Both the position numbers and the translations under genes were made by a program. 64,000 nt of DNA from Escherichia coli (lineage in GTDB: Bacteria; Pseudomonadota; Gammaproteobacteria; Enterobacterales; Enterobacteriaceae): NCBI RefSeq assembly GCF_003019035.1, contig NZ_CP027447.1; one strand, written 5' to 3'. How positions within the stretch are numbered: position 1 is the first letter of the stretch; every line of letters starts with the position of its first letter. The notes beneath the pieces were generated by a model that searched no databases, was not told the origin of the DNA, and was given only the letters and a program-made list of their open reading frames with translations. Positions 1 to 10,026 of this stretch are shown here, in pieces.

Positions 1-1
1 T

Positions 2-376
2 AATACCTATCTTAGCGGCATTGGATTTGAAAGTAGCGGCCTGGCGGCAGCTCATGCCATTCATAACGGCATGACGCAACTGGAGGAATGCCATCATTGC
101 TACCACGGTGAAAAAGTGGCATTTGGCGTCCTGGTACAGCTCGTACTGGAAAACGCACCACAGGAGGAAATTGAAACCGTACTCAATTTCTGCCATAGCG
201 TTGGTCTGCCGACAAATCTTCATATGTTAGGCGTGAAGGAAATTAATAAAGATAAATTACGGGCAGTGGCTGAAGCAGCGACTGCTGAAGGGGAAACTAT
301 CCATAATATGCCATTCGTAGTAACAGCGCAGGACGTTCTTTGCGCAATTTTAACTGCACATCATTTGGGACTTTAA
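2..376 (+). CDS. Glycerol dehydrogenase family protein (iron-containing alcohol dehydrogenase), 5' end outside window
   Basis: In-frame translation from the window edge gives ...[50 protein letters not shown]..., which matches the C-terminal region of GldA-type glycerol dehydrogenases; stop at 374-376. It is a paralog, not the canonical gldA locus. Confidence 0.75.
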   Translation, partial: NTYLSGIGFESSGLAAAHAIHNGMTQLEECHHCYHGEKVAFGVLVQLVLENAPQEEIETVLNFCHSVGLPTNLHMLGVKEINKDKLRAVAEAATAEGETIHNMPFVVTAQDVLCAILTAHHLGL

Positions 377-443
377 AAAAATAATACGGCCTGTGCAAAG
401 CAGGCCGTTGGTGTCATTTTAAATACTTCATTCGGGAATAAAT

Positions 444-1712
444 ATGACCAGTAACTGGAAACGTTGGATCACGCTGGCGTTATGTGGTATTGCCGGAAGT
501 GCAATATATAAATTGCCTTATTTACGGGAAACCTATTACGACGCGATGCAGCAGGCTACAGGAGCGACTAATGCTGAACTTGGTTTTCTAATGACAGCCT
601 ATGGTCTGGTGAACTTTTTATTATATCTACCTGGCGGTTGGGCTGCCGATAGATTTTCTGCACGTAAATTAATGACCTTTTCATTAATTTCCACCGGGAT
701 AAGTGGTTTTTATTATGCGACCTTCCCCTCGTATACTATGATCTGTTTGTTACATGCACTTTGGGCTGTTACAACCGTATTTACGTTTTGGGCCGTGTGT
801 GTGCGAATTATTCGTACCCTGGGAACCAGCGAAGAACAAGGTCGCTTATACGGTTACTGGTTTCTGGGTAAGGGATTAACCTCCATTGTACTGGGATTTC
901 TTTCCGTGCCGGTATTTGCCAAATTTGGCGAAGGTGTTGATGGTTTACGGGCGACAATTATTTTTTATTCCGTAGTGACTATTCTGGCCGGTGTTTTAGC
1001 TTGGTTTGTTTGTCAGGATGAAACGCACAGCGAAGATAAAGCGAATTTCCGTCTGGCAGATATGGCATTCGTGCTGAAAATGCCGACGGTTTGGCTGGCA
1101 GGTGTTGTGACCTTTTGTATGTGGTCAATTTATATCGGCTTTGGCATGGTCACGCCGTATCTCACGCAGATCCTGCATATGGGCGAATCGGAAGTGGCAG
1201 TTGCCAGTATTCTTCGCGCCTATGTGTTATTTGCGATGGGGGGATTAATTGGCGGACAACTGGCCGACCGCTGTGCGTCACGCACGCGTTTTATGATTTA
1301 CGCCTTTATCGGCATGATTGTCTTTACTACCGTTTATTTCTTCCTGCCCGGTGAGTCGCGCTACGTCACTATTGCGCTGGCGAATATGGTTGCGTTGGGC
1401 GTGTTTATTTACTCTGCGAATGCCGTGTTCTTCTCAATTATTGATGAGGTTCGGATCCCGGCAAAAGTCACAGGGACTGCTGCGGGTCTGATCTCTTTAC
1501 TGACTTATTTCCCGGAAATCTACTGCTACACGATGGTGGGCAATATGGTCGACCGCAAACCGGGTATTGCCGGTTATCAGGATGTTTTCCTGTTCATGTT
1601 GGTTTGCGCATTCATCGGCCTTATCGCCGCACTGGTCCTCCAGCGTGTGAATCGTAAAAGTAAAAATCAAGTCAATGAAATCACTGAAAACAATGCGGAT
1701 TGCGCATCCTGA
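444..1712 (+). CDS. MFS-type membrane transporter
   Basis: 422-aa ORF, highly hydrophobic with multiple predicted TM segments and a basic loop (ADRFSARK) after the second hydrophobic stretch, typical of MFS permeases; substrate unknown. Confidence 0.65.
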   Translation: MTSNWKRWITLALCGIAGSAIYKLPYLRETYYDAMQQATGATNAELGFLMTAYGLVNFLLYLPGGWAADRFSARKLMTFSLISTGISGFYYATFPSYTMICLLHALWAVTTVFTFWAVCVRIIRTLGTSEEQGRLYGYWFLGKGLTSIVLGFLSVPVFAKFGEGVDGLRATIIFYSVVTILAGVLAWFVCQDETHSEDKANFRLADMAFVLKMPTVWLAGVVTFCMWSIYIGFGMVTPYLTQILHMGESEVAVASILRAYVLFAMGGLIGGQLADRCASRTRFMIYAFIGMIVFTTVYFFLPGESRYVTIALANMVALGVFIYSANAVFFSIIDEVRIPAKVTGTAAGLISLLTYFPEIYCYTMVGNMVDRKPGIAGYQDVFLFMLVCAFIGLIAALVLQRVNRKSKNQVNEITENNADCAS

Positions 1713-1729
1713 GTCTGACGGGGGAACCA

Positions 1730-3094
1730 ATGGTGGACATGATTAATGAAAGTGCACGGCAAACGCCAGTCATTGCACAAACGGACGTTCTGGTTATCGG
1801 GGGCGGTCCGGCAGGATTAACGGCGGCGATAGCGGCGGGGCGGCTAGGTGCCAGAACCATGATTGTTGAGCGTTACGGCTCACTAGGCGGCGTATTGACG
1901 CAGGTTGGTGTGGAAAGTTTTGCCTGGTATCGCCATCCGGGGACGGAAGATTGTGAAGGGATTTGTCGTGAATATGAAGGCCGCGCGCGAGCATTGGGCT
2001 TCACGCGACCAGAACCTCAGTCAATTAGCGAAGTTATAGATACTGAAGGATTTAAAGTTGTTGCCGATCAGATGATAACGGAAGCTGGCGTTGAGCCGTT
2101 ATATCACTCCTGGGTTGTGGATGTGATCAAGGAAGGGGATACGTTATGCGGTGTTATTGTCGAGAACAAATCAGGACGAGGGGCAATTCTGGCGAAAAGA
2201 ATCGTCGATTGCACGGGGGATGCTGATATTGCTGCTCGTGCAGGCGCGCCCTGGACGAAACGGGGAAAGGACCAACTGATGGGCGTCACCGTGATGTTCA
2301 GTTGCGCAGGTGTCGATGTGGCGCGCTTTAACCGTTTTGTTGCGGAAGAACTTAAGCCGACCTACGCGGATTGGGGAAAAAACTGGACGATTCAAACCAC
2401 GGGCAAAGAAGACCAGATGTTTAGCCCTTATATGGAGGATATTTTTACCCGGGCGCAGCAGGATGGTGTGATTCCAGGCGACGCCCAGGCGATTGCCGGA
2501 ACCTGGTCAACCTTTTCTGAAAGCGGCGAAGCGTTTCAGATGAATATGGTGTACGCCTTTGGTTTTGACTGTACCGATGTCTTCGATTTAACCAAAGCAG
2601 AAATCGCCGGAAGGCAGCAAGCATTATGGGCAATTGACGCTCTACGCCATTATGTTCCGGGCTTTGAAAATGTACGGTTACGCAATTTTGGCGCCACGCT
2701 GGGTACACGTGAATCACGGCTTATTGAGGGGGAAATACGTATTGCTGATGATTACGTCCTTAATCAGGGGCGTTGTTCGGACAGTGTAGGGATTTTCCCG
2801 GAATTTATTGATGGTTCCGGTTATCTCATTTTGCCAACGACCGGGCGTTTCTTTCAGATCCCCTATGGCTGTCTGGTGCCACAAAAAGTGGAGAACCTTT
2901 TGGTCGCCGGTCGCTGTATTTCCGCAGGCGTAGTTGCACATACTTCTATGCGCAACATGATGTGTTGTGCCGTTACCGGTGAGGCCGCAGGCACTGCCGC
3001 CGTGGTTTCGCTACAGCAACATTGCACCGTGCGTCAGGTTGCTATCCCTGATTTGCAAAACACGCTGCAACAGCAGGGCGCACGTCTGGCATAA
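1730..3094 (+). CDS. FAD-dependent oxidoreductase
   Basis: N-terminal dinucleotide-binding motif VLVIGGGPAGLTAA and internal CTGDADIA motif; paralog of the ORF at 12263-13633 (same motifs, colinear). Start moved to the ATG at 1730, preceded by a GGGGGA Shine-Dalgarno; the track ORF start at 1700 overlaps the upstream gene. Confidence 0.7.
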   Translation: MVDMINESARQTPVIAQTDVLVIGGGPAGLTAAIAAGRLGARTMIVERYGSLGGVLTQVGVESFAWYRHPGTEDCEGICREYEGRARALGFTRPEPQSISEVIDTEGFKVVADQMITEAGVEPLYHSWVVDVIKEGDTLCGVIVENKSGRGAILAKRIVDCTGDADIAARAGAPWTKRGKDQLMGVTVMFSCAGVDVARFNRFVAEELKPTYADWGKNWTIQTTGKEDQMFSPYMEDIFTRAQQDGVIPGDAQAIAGTWSTFSESGEAFQMNMVYAFGFDCTDVFDLTKAEIAGRQQALWAIDALRHYVPGFENVRLRNFGATLGTRESRLIEGEIRIADDYVLNQGRCSDSVGIFPEFIDGSGYLILPTTGRFFQIPYGCLVPQKVENLLVAGRCISAGVVAHTSMRNMMCCAVTGEAAGTAAVVSLQQHCTVRQVAIPDLQNTLQQQGARLA

Positions 3095-3394
3095 CAACAA
3101 GGCGCAGAGAGCTGAAAACCTGTCTGCGCCTTGCAGGAGAAAGACCATGAGGGATGATGACCTTGAGCACTTAAGTGCCAATTACTGGATAACCACAGTT
3201 CTCTGCGGCCTCTTTTTGGGGATATTCCTGTTCATGCTGCAACAGCATCAGTGTGGTTTAGCTCTGTATTGTATTGCGGTACTTTCACTTATTTGCGCCT
3301 TTTTTTCTTTACGCCTTTCCCGACAATTGCAACACATGAAAAAGGAACGGCGAAATATTCGTCCTCATTGAATGAAAACATTCAGGAGACTGAA

Positions 3395-4936
3395 ATGCAA
3401 TATTTAAAAAAACGCTTTTCTTTGATTGAACTGAATGTGTTTATCCCAGCAATATTATTTATTGCGGTAATCATTCTGTGTTTGACGATATATCCACAAG
3501 ATACCAGCCGGTATATAAATAAAATACATCATTTTTTAACCTGGGAAATGGGCGGGATTTTTCTGGTCATGACTTTTCTGGTTGTACTTTGTTGTCTGTG
3601 GCTGGCCTTCTCACGTTATGGCGATATCTTGTTAGGTCAGTCGGGAGAAAAGCCTGACTTCAGCTTGTTAACCTGGCTTGGACTTATTTTTACTTCTGGA
3701 ACGGGGGGCAGCTTGTTATATCTGGCCTCTGTAGAGTGGATTTGGATCATTCAGCAACCGCCTTTTGGCGCGGCAGCAGGAAGCGCTCAGGCTGCTCGTT
3801 GGGCCTCTGCTTATGGCATGTTCCATTGGGGGCCGTCCGCATGGGCATGGTATCTGATTTGTGCCGTTCCCATTGGTTGGTTTATGCATGTTAAGAAAAC
3901 GAACTCATTAAAGGTCAGTGATTTATGCCGTGGGTGTCTGGGGGCACGTGCTGATGGTTTTTGCGGGCATTGTGTGAATTTTTTCTACATGTTTGGTTTG
4001 CTCGGCGGCGCGGTAACGTCTCTGGCGCTGGGAACGCCGATGATTTCTGCCGTATTTTGCCATGTGTTCCATCTGGATCCTGCCGGGCAGTTTATCAATG
4101 TCATGGTTATTTTTATCTGGACGCTAGTGCCATTATTAATTCTCTTTTTTGGACTTAAAAAAGGTGTGGCATGGGCCAGTAACTGGAATATTCGTGCCGA
4201 TATTTTTATGCTACTGGCAATACTGATTTGTGGACCGACAGCTTTTATACTTAACCAATCAATTGATGGTTTCGGCCTGATGCTGCAAAATTTTGTAGCG
4301 ATGAGTTTAAGTACCGATGCTATTGGTCGTAGCGGATTTCCACAGATGTGGACCGTATTTTATTTTTCATGGTGGGTCGTGTATGCCATCCCATTCGGTT
4401 TATTTATCGCCCGTATTTCAAAAGGAAGGACGATCCGGCAATTGATTGTATGTGGAACTCTGGCAGGTTCATTGGGATGCATGGTTTTTTACATGGTACT
4501 GGCTAATTTCGGCTTATCGTTGCAGACAACTCATGTCATCGATTTTGTTCCCATACTTAACGAACAAGGGCGAGGCGTTGTCGTTTCTCGTTTACTGGAG
4601 CAGCTACCCGCAAGTCAGGTGTTTTTGGTTGCTTTTGGGGCTATAGCATTAATTTCATATATTACCGGACACTGTACTGTGGGTTATGCCCTCGGTTTTG
4701 CGACGCAAAAACGGGCAGATAGTGAGAGTGAACCGGCATTCTGGAACGTGGCATTTTGGTTGATTATGACCGGAATCGTCGCCATCACACTCTATCTTCT
4801 TGATGCGCAAAGTCTGCAACCGCTACAAACGGTCTCTATACTGGCCGGACTACCGCTTTGCGGCGTAGTGTTTATTTTATTGAAGAGTTTTTTGACACAG
4901 TTTGCGGCTGAAGAGAAAACCGCGAGAGATGAATAA
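3395..4936 (+). CDS. BCCT-family (betaine/carnitine/choline-type) transporter
   Basis: Polytopic membrane protein with Trp-rich segments (GPSAWAWYL, WWVVYAIPFGLFIARISKGRTIRQ) characteristic of BCCT carriers. Start set at the ATG at 3395 (MQYLKKRF), preceded by CAGGAG; the track ORF from 3251 is an unlikely N-terminal extension. Confidence 0.7.
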   Translation: MQYLKKRFSLIELNVFIPAILFIAVIILCLTIYPQDTSRYINKIHHFLTWEMGGIFLVMTFLVVLCCLWLAFSRYGDILLGQSGEKPDFSLLTWLGLIFTSGTGGSLLYLASVEWIWIIQQPPFGAAAGSAQAARWASAYGMFHWGPSAWAWYLICAVPIGWFMHVKKTNSLKVSDLCRGCLGARADGFCGHCVNFFYMFGLLGGAVTSLALGTPMISAVFCHVFHLDPAGQFINVMVIFIWTLVPLLILFFGLKKGVAWASNWNIRADIFMLLAILICGPTAFILNQSIDGFGLMLQNFVAMSLSTDAIGRSGFPQMWTVFYFSWWVVYAIPFGLFIARISKGRTIRQLIVCGTLAGSLGCMVFYMVLANFGLSLQTTHVIDFVPILNEQGRGVVVSRLLEQLPASQVFLVAFGAIALISYITGHCTVGYALGFATQKRADSESEPAFWNVAFWLIMTGIVAITLYLLDAQSLQPLQTVSILAGLPLCGVVFILLKSFLTQFAAEEKTARDE

Positions 4937-4991
4937 TGATGTTCAGGAATGCCCGGTAATTTGCATTATCGGGCATTTTACCGAACGGGAA

Positions 4992-6134
4992 TTAACTCAG
5001 GACTGCATGAAAATACCCTGCCAAATTTTCTCCGAGACGAATTAAATTATTTTCCCCCTGACTCAGCGCGGTGGGTAAATCACAAGGACCATTGACGACG
5101 GAAAAACAGGCTTCGATTCCACACTGGCGTAACTCATTCAAATCAAGTTGATCATCGATATACCCGGCAATTGCGATAACCGGAACGCCCATCATCTGGG
5201 CGATTTTGGCCGCCCCCACAGGTGCTTTGCCATTCAGGCTTTGACGGTCTAATTTACCTTCACCGACAATCGCCAATGCTGCATATTTTAAATGTTGGGT
5301 ATATTGAATCGCTTCCAGCACGAGCGAAATACCCGGTTGTAAGCGAGCATCGAGAAAAGCCATCAAGGCCGCGCCAACGCCGCCAGCCGCCCCAGAACCG
5401 GGTATCGTATCGACTTCTTTACCACAACAACGGTAGATGCAACGGGCATAGTTTTTCATTCCCTGTTCCAGTTGCTCAAGGTTGTCAGCACTGGCCCCTT
5501 TTTGTTGAGCAAAAACCCGAGTCGCGCCGTTATCGCCGGTTAGTGGGTTGGTGACATCACAGGCTGCAATAAATTTCACATTTTTCAATCGTGGATCGAG
5601 GTGCTGTAAGTCAATGTGGTGAATTGCCGCCAGCCCCATCCCATTAACGGAGACTGATTGCCCTTCGGCGTCTGTAAACGATGCGCCAAGTGCCGACATC
5701 AACCCAATACCGCCATCATTTGTAGCACTGCCACCCAGGCATAGAATAACGGTATCAATATTGTGTTCCAGGGCGGCGAGAATAAGTTCGCCAGTGCCAA
5801 ACGACGTCGTATAAAGGGGAGAACGCTGGACAGGAGAAACCAGTTCCAGCCCTGAAGCTTGTGCCAGTTCTATCACTGCGGTGGTTTGGTTGCCTAAAAT
5901 ACCGTATTGCGCATGTATTGATTCTCCAAGCGGTCCGGTGACTTTTTTAGTGTAAAACGTACCGTCAGTCGCATGAATGAGTGTTTCGAGCGTGCCTTCG
6001 CCGCCGTCAGCCACGGGCAAACACACCAGTTGGCTGCCAGGCAGGACCTTGCGCCAGCCGGTTGCCAGCGCTTCGGCGACTTTCCATGCGGGAAGGCATT
6101 CTTTAAAGGAGTCGGGGGAGATAACTATCTTCAT
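4992..6134 (-). CDS. Glycerate kinase (GlxK/GarK family)
   Basis: 380-aa ORF beginning MKIVISPDSFKECL... with GGSATNDGG and AAGG motifs typical of glycerate kinases; last gene of a gcl-hyi-reductase-kinase operon on the minus strand. Confidence 0.85.
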   Translation of the reverse strand: MKIVISPDSFKECLPAWKVAEALATGWRKVLPGSQLVCLPVADGGEGTLETLIHATDGTFYTKKVTGPLGESIHAQYGILGNQTTAVIELAQASGLELVSPVQRSPLYTTSFGTGELILAALEHNIDTVILCLGGSATNDGGIGLMSALGASFTDAEGQSVSVNGMGLAAIHHIDLQHLDPRLKNVKFIAACDVTNPLTGDNGATRVFAQQKGASADNLEQLEQGMKNYARCIYRCCGKEVDTIPGSGAAGGVGAALMAFLDARLQPGISLVLEAIQYTQHLKYAALAIVGEGKLDRQSLNGKAPVGAAKIAQMMGVPVIAIAGYIDDQLDLNELRQCGIEACFSVVNGPCDLPTALSQGENNLIRLGENLAGYFHAVLS

Positions 6135-6208
6135 AGCAGGTCTCTCAAAATAGGGGAATGGGGCAGGGCAACGAGTGAACGAAGGGAACCGGTGGTTCCC
6201 TTAATTCA

Positions 6209-7096
6209 TTATTTACGGATAGTGAAATTGGCTTGTGTTTCAAGCGCCCGAATTAGCGCAGAATGATCCCACTCTTTACCACCAAGCGCGGCGCAGGCGC
6301 TAAATAATTGTTGCGTCATAGCCGTGTTAGGAAGCGGGGTATTCAACAGGCGAGCATTCTCCAGTGCCAGATTCAGATCTTTTTGATGCAGGCTAATTCG
6401 AAAACCAGGGGCGAATGTCCCTTTGATCATCCGTTCGCCATGAACTTCCAATACACGAGAGGAAGCAAAACCCCCCATCAGAGCTTCACGTACGCGGGCG
6501 GGATCGGCACCTGATTTACTGGCAAAAAGCAGGGCTTCAGCCACCGCTTCAATATTCAGTGCAACAATAATTTGGTTAGCGACTTTGCACGTTTGACCAT
6601 CACCGATGTTACCGACCAGAGTGATATTTTTACCCATCAATTCCAGAATCGGTTTGATCTGTAAATAAACCTCTTCACATCCGCCAACCATAATGGAAAG
6701 CGTCCCGGCTTTCGCGCCAACTTCACCGCCAGAGACGGGCGCATCGATATATTCCGCGCCTCCCGCGATAATACGTTGTGCAAATGCTTTGGTGGCAACC
6801 GGGGAAATTGAACTCATATCAATGACAATTTTCCCGTGGCTTAAACCGTGTATTACGCCATAGTTGGGATGAAAAAGAACATCCTCAACATGTGGGGTAT
6901 CAGGGAGCATGGTGATGATGACCTCACACTCCTGCGCGACTTCACGCGGTGTAGAGCAAACAATGCCACGTTCACCAATAAGCTCTTGCGGTGCAGGTTC
7001 AAAATGCGCTGAAAAATAAAGAGTATGTCCGGCTTGTTGTAAATTATAAGCCATCGGCTTACCCATTATGCCGGTGCCGATAAATCCAATATTCAT
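6209..7096 (-). CDS. Tartronate semialdehyde reductase (2-hydroxy-3-oxopropionate reductase, GlxR/GarR family)
   Basis: 295 aa; N-terminal NAD-binding GFIGTGIMG and the block KNITLVGNIGDGQTCKVANQIIVALNIEAVAEALLFASK are near-identical to E. coli GlxR; overall a diverged paralog. Confidence 0.85.
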   Translation of the reverse strand: MNIGFIGTGIMGKPMAYNLQQAGHTLYFSAHFEPAPQELIGERGIVCSTPREVAQECEVIITMLPDTPHVEDVLFHPNYGVIHGLSHGKIVIDMSSISPVATKAFAQRIIAGGAEYIDAPVSGGEVGAKAGTLSIMVGGCEEVYLQIKPILELMGKNITLVGNIGDGQTCKVANQIIVALNIEAVAEALLFASKSGADPARVREALMGGFASSRVLEVHGERMIKGTFAPGFRISLHQKDLNLALENARLLNTPLPNTAMTQQLFSACAALGGKEWDHSALIRALETQANFTIRK

Positions 7097-7113
7097 GATA
7101 AATACCTCAGGGA

Positions 7114-7896
7114 TTAAAATTGAGTCTCGTTTTTTAGCCAGCGTAGACTTTCAGTCGTTGTCGTAGATGGAATATATTCGCAACCAATCCATCCCTGATA
7201 ACCAATCTGGTCTATATAATTTAACAACCACGGGTAATTAATTTCTCCCGTCCCTGGTTCATGACGCCCAGGGTTATCGGCTAATTGAATATGTCCAATG
7301 TTATTCAGGTTGTTTTTGATTGTTGTAGCAATATTCCCTTCCATGATTTGCATATGATAAATATCGTATTGGTAGCGCAAATCAGGATGTTTTACATCAT
7401 GAATAATATTGAGAGCTTGTCTGGTATTGTTAACAAAAAAACCGGGAATATCTTTTGTATTAATGGCTTCCAGAACTAACTTTATCCCATGAGAAGCCAA
7501 TTTATCTACCGCATAGCGCAAATTTTCGACCAGTGTTTCATGACATTGTTCATGCGAATAACCACCTGGATGTTTTCCTGCAAGGCAATTAACTTGTGAA
7601 CAATTAAGGGCCAATGCATACTCTATTGCCCTGGAAACGCCCTCCTGAAATTCTTTTGCCCGACCAGGATGACATGCAATACCCCGTTCACCCTCTTGCC
7701 AGTTACCCGCAGGAAGATTAAACAGAACCTGCGTCAGATTATGTTGATGCAGTTGCGAAACTAACTCATCTGCAGAAAAGTCATAGGGGAAAAGATACTC
7801 AACGCCGTGGAATCCTGCGTGACTTGCCTGTGCAAAACGTTCAATAAATGGATACTCGGTAAAGAGCATAGATAAATTTGCTGCAAACTTTGCCAT
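7114..7896 (-). CDS. Hydroxypyruvate isomerase
   Basis: 260 aa; conserved Hyi blocks (ANLSMLF, GERGIACHPGR, LVENLRYA, QYDIYHMQIMEG, GTGEINY); paralog of K-12 Hyi. Confidence 0.85.
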   Translation of the reverse strand: MAKFAANLSMLFTEYPFIERFAQASHAGFHGVEYLFPYDFSADELVSQLHQHNLTQVLFNLPAGNWQEGERGIACHPGRAKEFQEGVSRAIEYALALNCSQVNCLAGKHPGGYSHEQCHETLVENLRYAVDKLASHGIKLVLEAINTKDIPGFFVNNTRQALNIIHDVKHPDLRYQYDIYHMQIMEGNIATTIKNNLNNIGHIQLADNPGRHEPGTGEINYPWLLNYIDQIGYQGWIGCEYIPSTTTTESLRWLKNETQF

Positions 7897-7908
7897 AATC
7901 CTGTTTCC

Positions 7909-9648
7909 TTATAAATCGAGAATTTCTTCAAATTCTGTGACTTTATTAATGTCAGGTCCCATAGCGATATTAGTCACGCGTTCAGTAATAATTTCCACAA
8001 CAACAGGTACGTGAAATTCGTCACGCAAACGCTGGGCTTCTTGCAGTGCAGGCGCAATATCCTGTGATGCGAATACGCGAATCGCTTTACATCCTAATCC
8101 TTCAACCACAGCTTTATGATCAACGCCATAACCATTAATTTCTGGAGCATTAATATTTTCAAATGACAGTTGAACGCAATAATCAATATCAAATGCACGT
8201 TGTGATTGACGAATCAAACCAAGATAAGCGTTGTTAAGTAAAATATGGATATACGGAAGATTAAATTGTGCGCCGACGGCTAATTCTTCAATCAAGAATT
8301 GAAAATCGTAATCACCGGATATTGCCACAACGGGAACAGATGGATCAGCTTTTACCGCGCCCAGTGCTGCGGGCATTGTCCAGCCTAGCGGCCCAGCCTG
8401 ACAGGCATTAATCCAGTGGCGTGGGCGGTAAACATGTAAAAATTGGTTTGCGGCGATTTGCGCCAGACCAATTGTCGAAATATAGCGTGTCTCCGGTCCG
8501 AAAACCTTATTCATTTCGTGATACACGCGCTGCGGTTTAATTGGATTGCAGTCAAAGTCTGAACGACGAAGCATTGTGCGTTTACGCTCGGCACATTCGG
8601 CAATCCAGCGACTGCGGTCTTTCAGTTCTCCACGTGACTTCATATCACGGGCGACCTGAATAAATAGCGTTAAGGCGCTTTCAGCATCAGAAACAATGCC
8701 CAGATCCGGCGCAAATATCCGGCCAATTTGTGCAGGTTCGATATCAACATGAATGAATTTGCGGCCTTCGGTGTAGGTCTCAATGGCTCCGGTATGACGG
8801 TTTGCCCAACGGTTACCGATACCAAAAACAAAATCGGAGGCCAGATAACTGGCGTTACCATAGCGATGACCCGCCTGACATCCCATGCGACCAATCATTA
8901 GGGGATGATCATCTGATAATGCGCCCCAACCGCGTAAGGTTTGAATGACGGGAACGCCAGTTAACTCGACAAACTCACGCAACAATTCACTCGCTTCGGC
9001 GTTAATAATGCCACCGCCAGCGATGATGACGGGCTTTTCGGCGCCATTTAGCATTTCTAATGCGCGTACGGCCTGGGCCCGTGTTGCCTGAGGTTGCCAG
9101 GGGGTTAGTGGCTGATAGAGATCGATATCAAACTCAATTTCGGTCATCTGAACATCAAAAGGGAGATCTAAAAGAACCGGGCCAGGGCGGCCTGAACGCA
9201 TTTCCCAGAAGGCTTTCTGGAATATCCCCGGCAACTGACCCGCTTCGAGAATTGTGCGAGCCATTTTGGTTACTGGCGTGGCGATAGCCTCAATATCGAC
9301 GGCCTGGAAATCTTCTTTATGAAGTTTTCCTACGGGAGCTTGACCAGTAATGCAGAGAATAGGAATGGAATCCGCGGAGGCGGAATAAAGCCCCGTAATC
9401 ATATCAGTGCCCGCAGGGCCTGATGTGCCAATACACACGCCAATATTGCCATTCTGACTGCGGGTGTAACCTTCAGCCATATGCGAGGCGCCCTCAACAT
9501 GACGGGCCAGAATATGATCAATACCGCCTGATTTTTTCATCGCGGCATAGAGTGGGTTGATTGCTGCGCCGGGTACACCAAAAGCAACGCTAATGCCTTC
9601 TTTTTTCAGTATTTCTACTGCAGCTTCGATTGCACGCATCCTCGCCAT
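7909..9648 (-). CDS. Glyoxylate carboligase (tartronate-semialdehyde synthase), ThDP-dependent
   Basis: 579 aa; colinear with K-12 Gcl ([20 protein letters not shown]..., [43 protein letters not shown]) but clearly diverged, so a second gcl-type gene rather than the canonical locus. Confidence 0.88.
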   Translation of the reverse strand: MARMRAIEAAVEILKKEGISVAFGVPGAAINPLYAAMKKSGGIDHILARHVEGASHMAEGYTRSQNGNIGVCIGTSGPAGTDMITGLYSASADSIPILCITGQAPVGKLHKEDFQAVDIEAIATPVTKMARTILEAGQLPGIFQKAFWEMRSGRPGPVLLDLPFDVQMTEIEFDIDLYQPLTPWQPQATRAQAVRALEMLNGAEKPVIIAGGGIINAEASELLREFVELTGVPVIQTLRGWGALSDDHPLMIGRMGCQAGHRYGNASYLASDFVFGIGNRWANRHTGAIETYTEGRKFIHVDIEPAQIGRIFAPDLGIVSDAESALTLFIQVARDMKSRGELKDRSRWIAECAERKRTMLRRSDFDCNPIKPQRVYHEMNKVFGPETRYISTIGLAQIAANQFLHVYRPRHWINACQAGPLGWTMPAALGAVKADPSVPVVAISGDYDFQFLIEELAVGAQFNLPYIHILLNNAYLGLIRQSQRAFDIDYCVQLSFENINAPEINGYGVDHKAVVEGLGCKAIRVFASQDIAPALQEAQRLRDEFHVPVVVEIITERVTNIAMGPDINKVTEFEEILDL

Positions 9649-10026
9649 ACATTATTTCTCCTGATATTTACGCTGAGTTGAATAGTCAGTCAATTTTGGA
9701 ATTTAACGACGAAATATCTTTGAGGAAATAAAAGGGCAGAACAAATTTCGCTGCACTGTTTCACAGTGAAACAACTCGTATGCCTGTGTTGTTTCAGTTT
9801 GAATAATGATAAATATCAAACGCAAAGATTTCAGATGTTGTTGGCAGTTTTAAAATTTATCTAATGTATTATTCGTTTTTTATTGCTTTAACGGTTATTC
9901 TTTCTAATGTATGTATGGTTACATTGTTGATAAGGTCTGTTTTTGTAATGATCCAGACTAGATATTATTGCGTTTGATCAAGCTTACTGGCATAGCATTC
10001 TGATACAAGTTCTGAAAATGACTTGA

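Noticed and set aside
3251-3394. N-terminal 48-codon extension of the BCCT transporter ORF (track start at 3251)
   Set aside because: The extension overlaps the upstream small ORF and intergenic DNA and has no Shine-Dalgarno, whereas the ATG at 3395 is preceded by CAGGAG and begins the hydrophobic transporter body.
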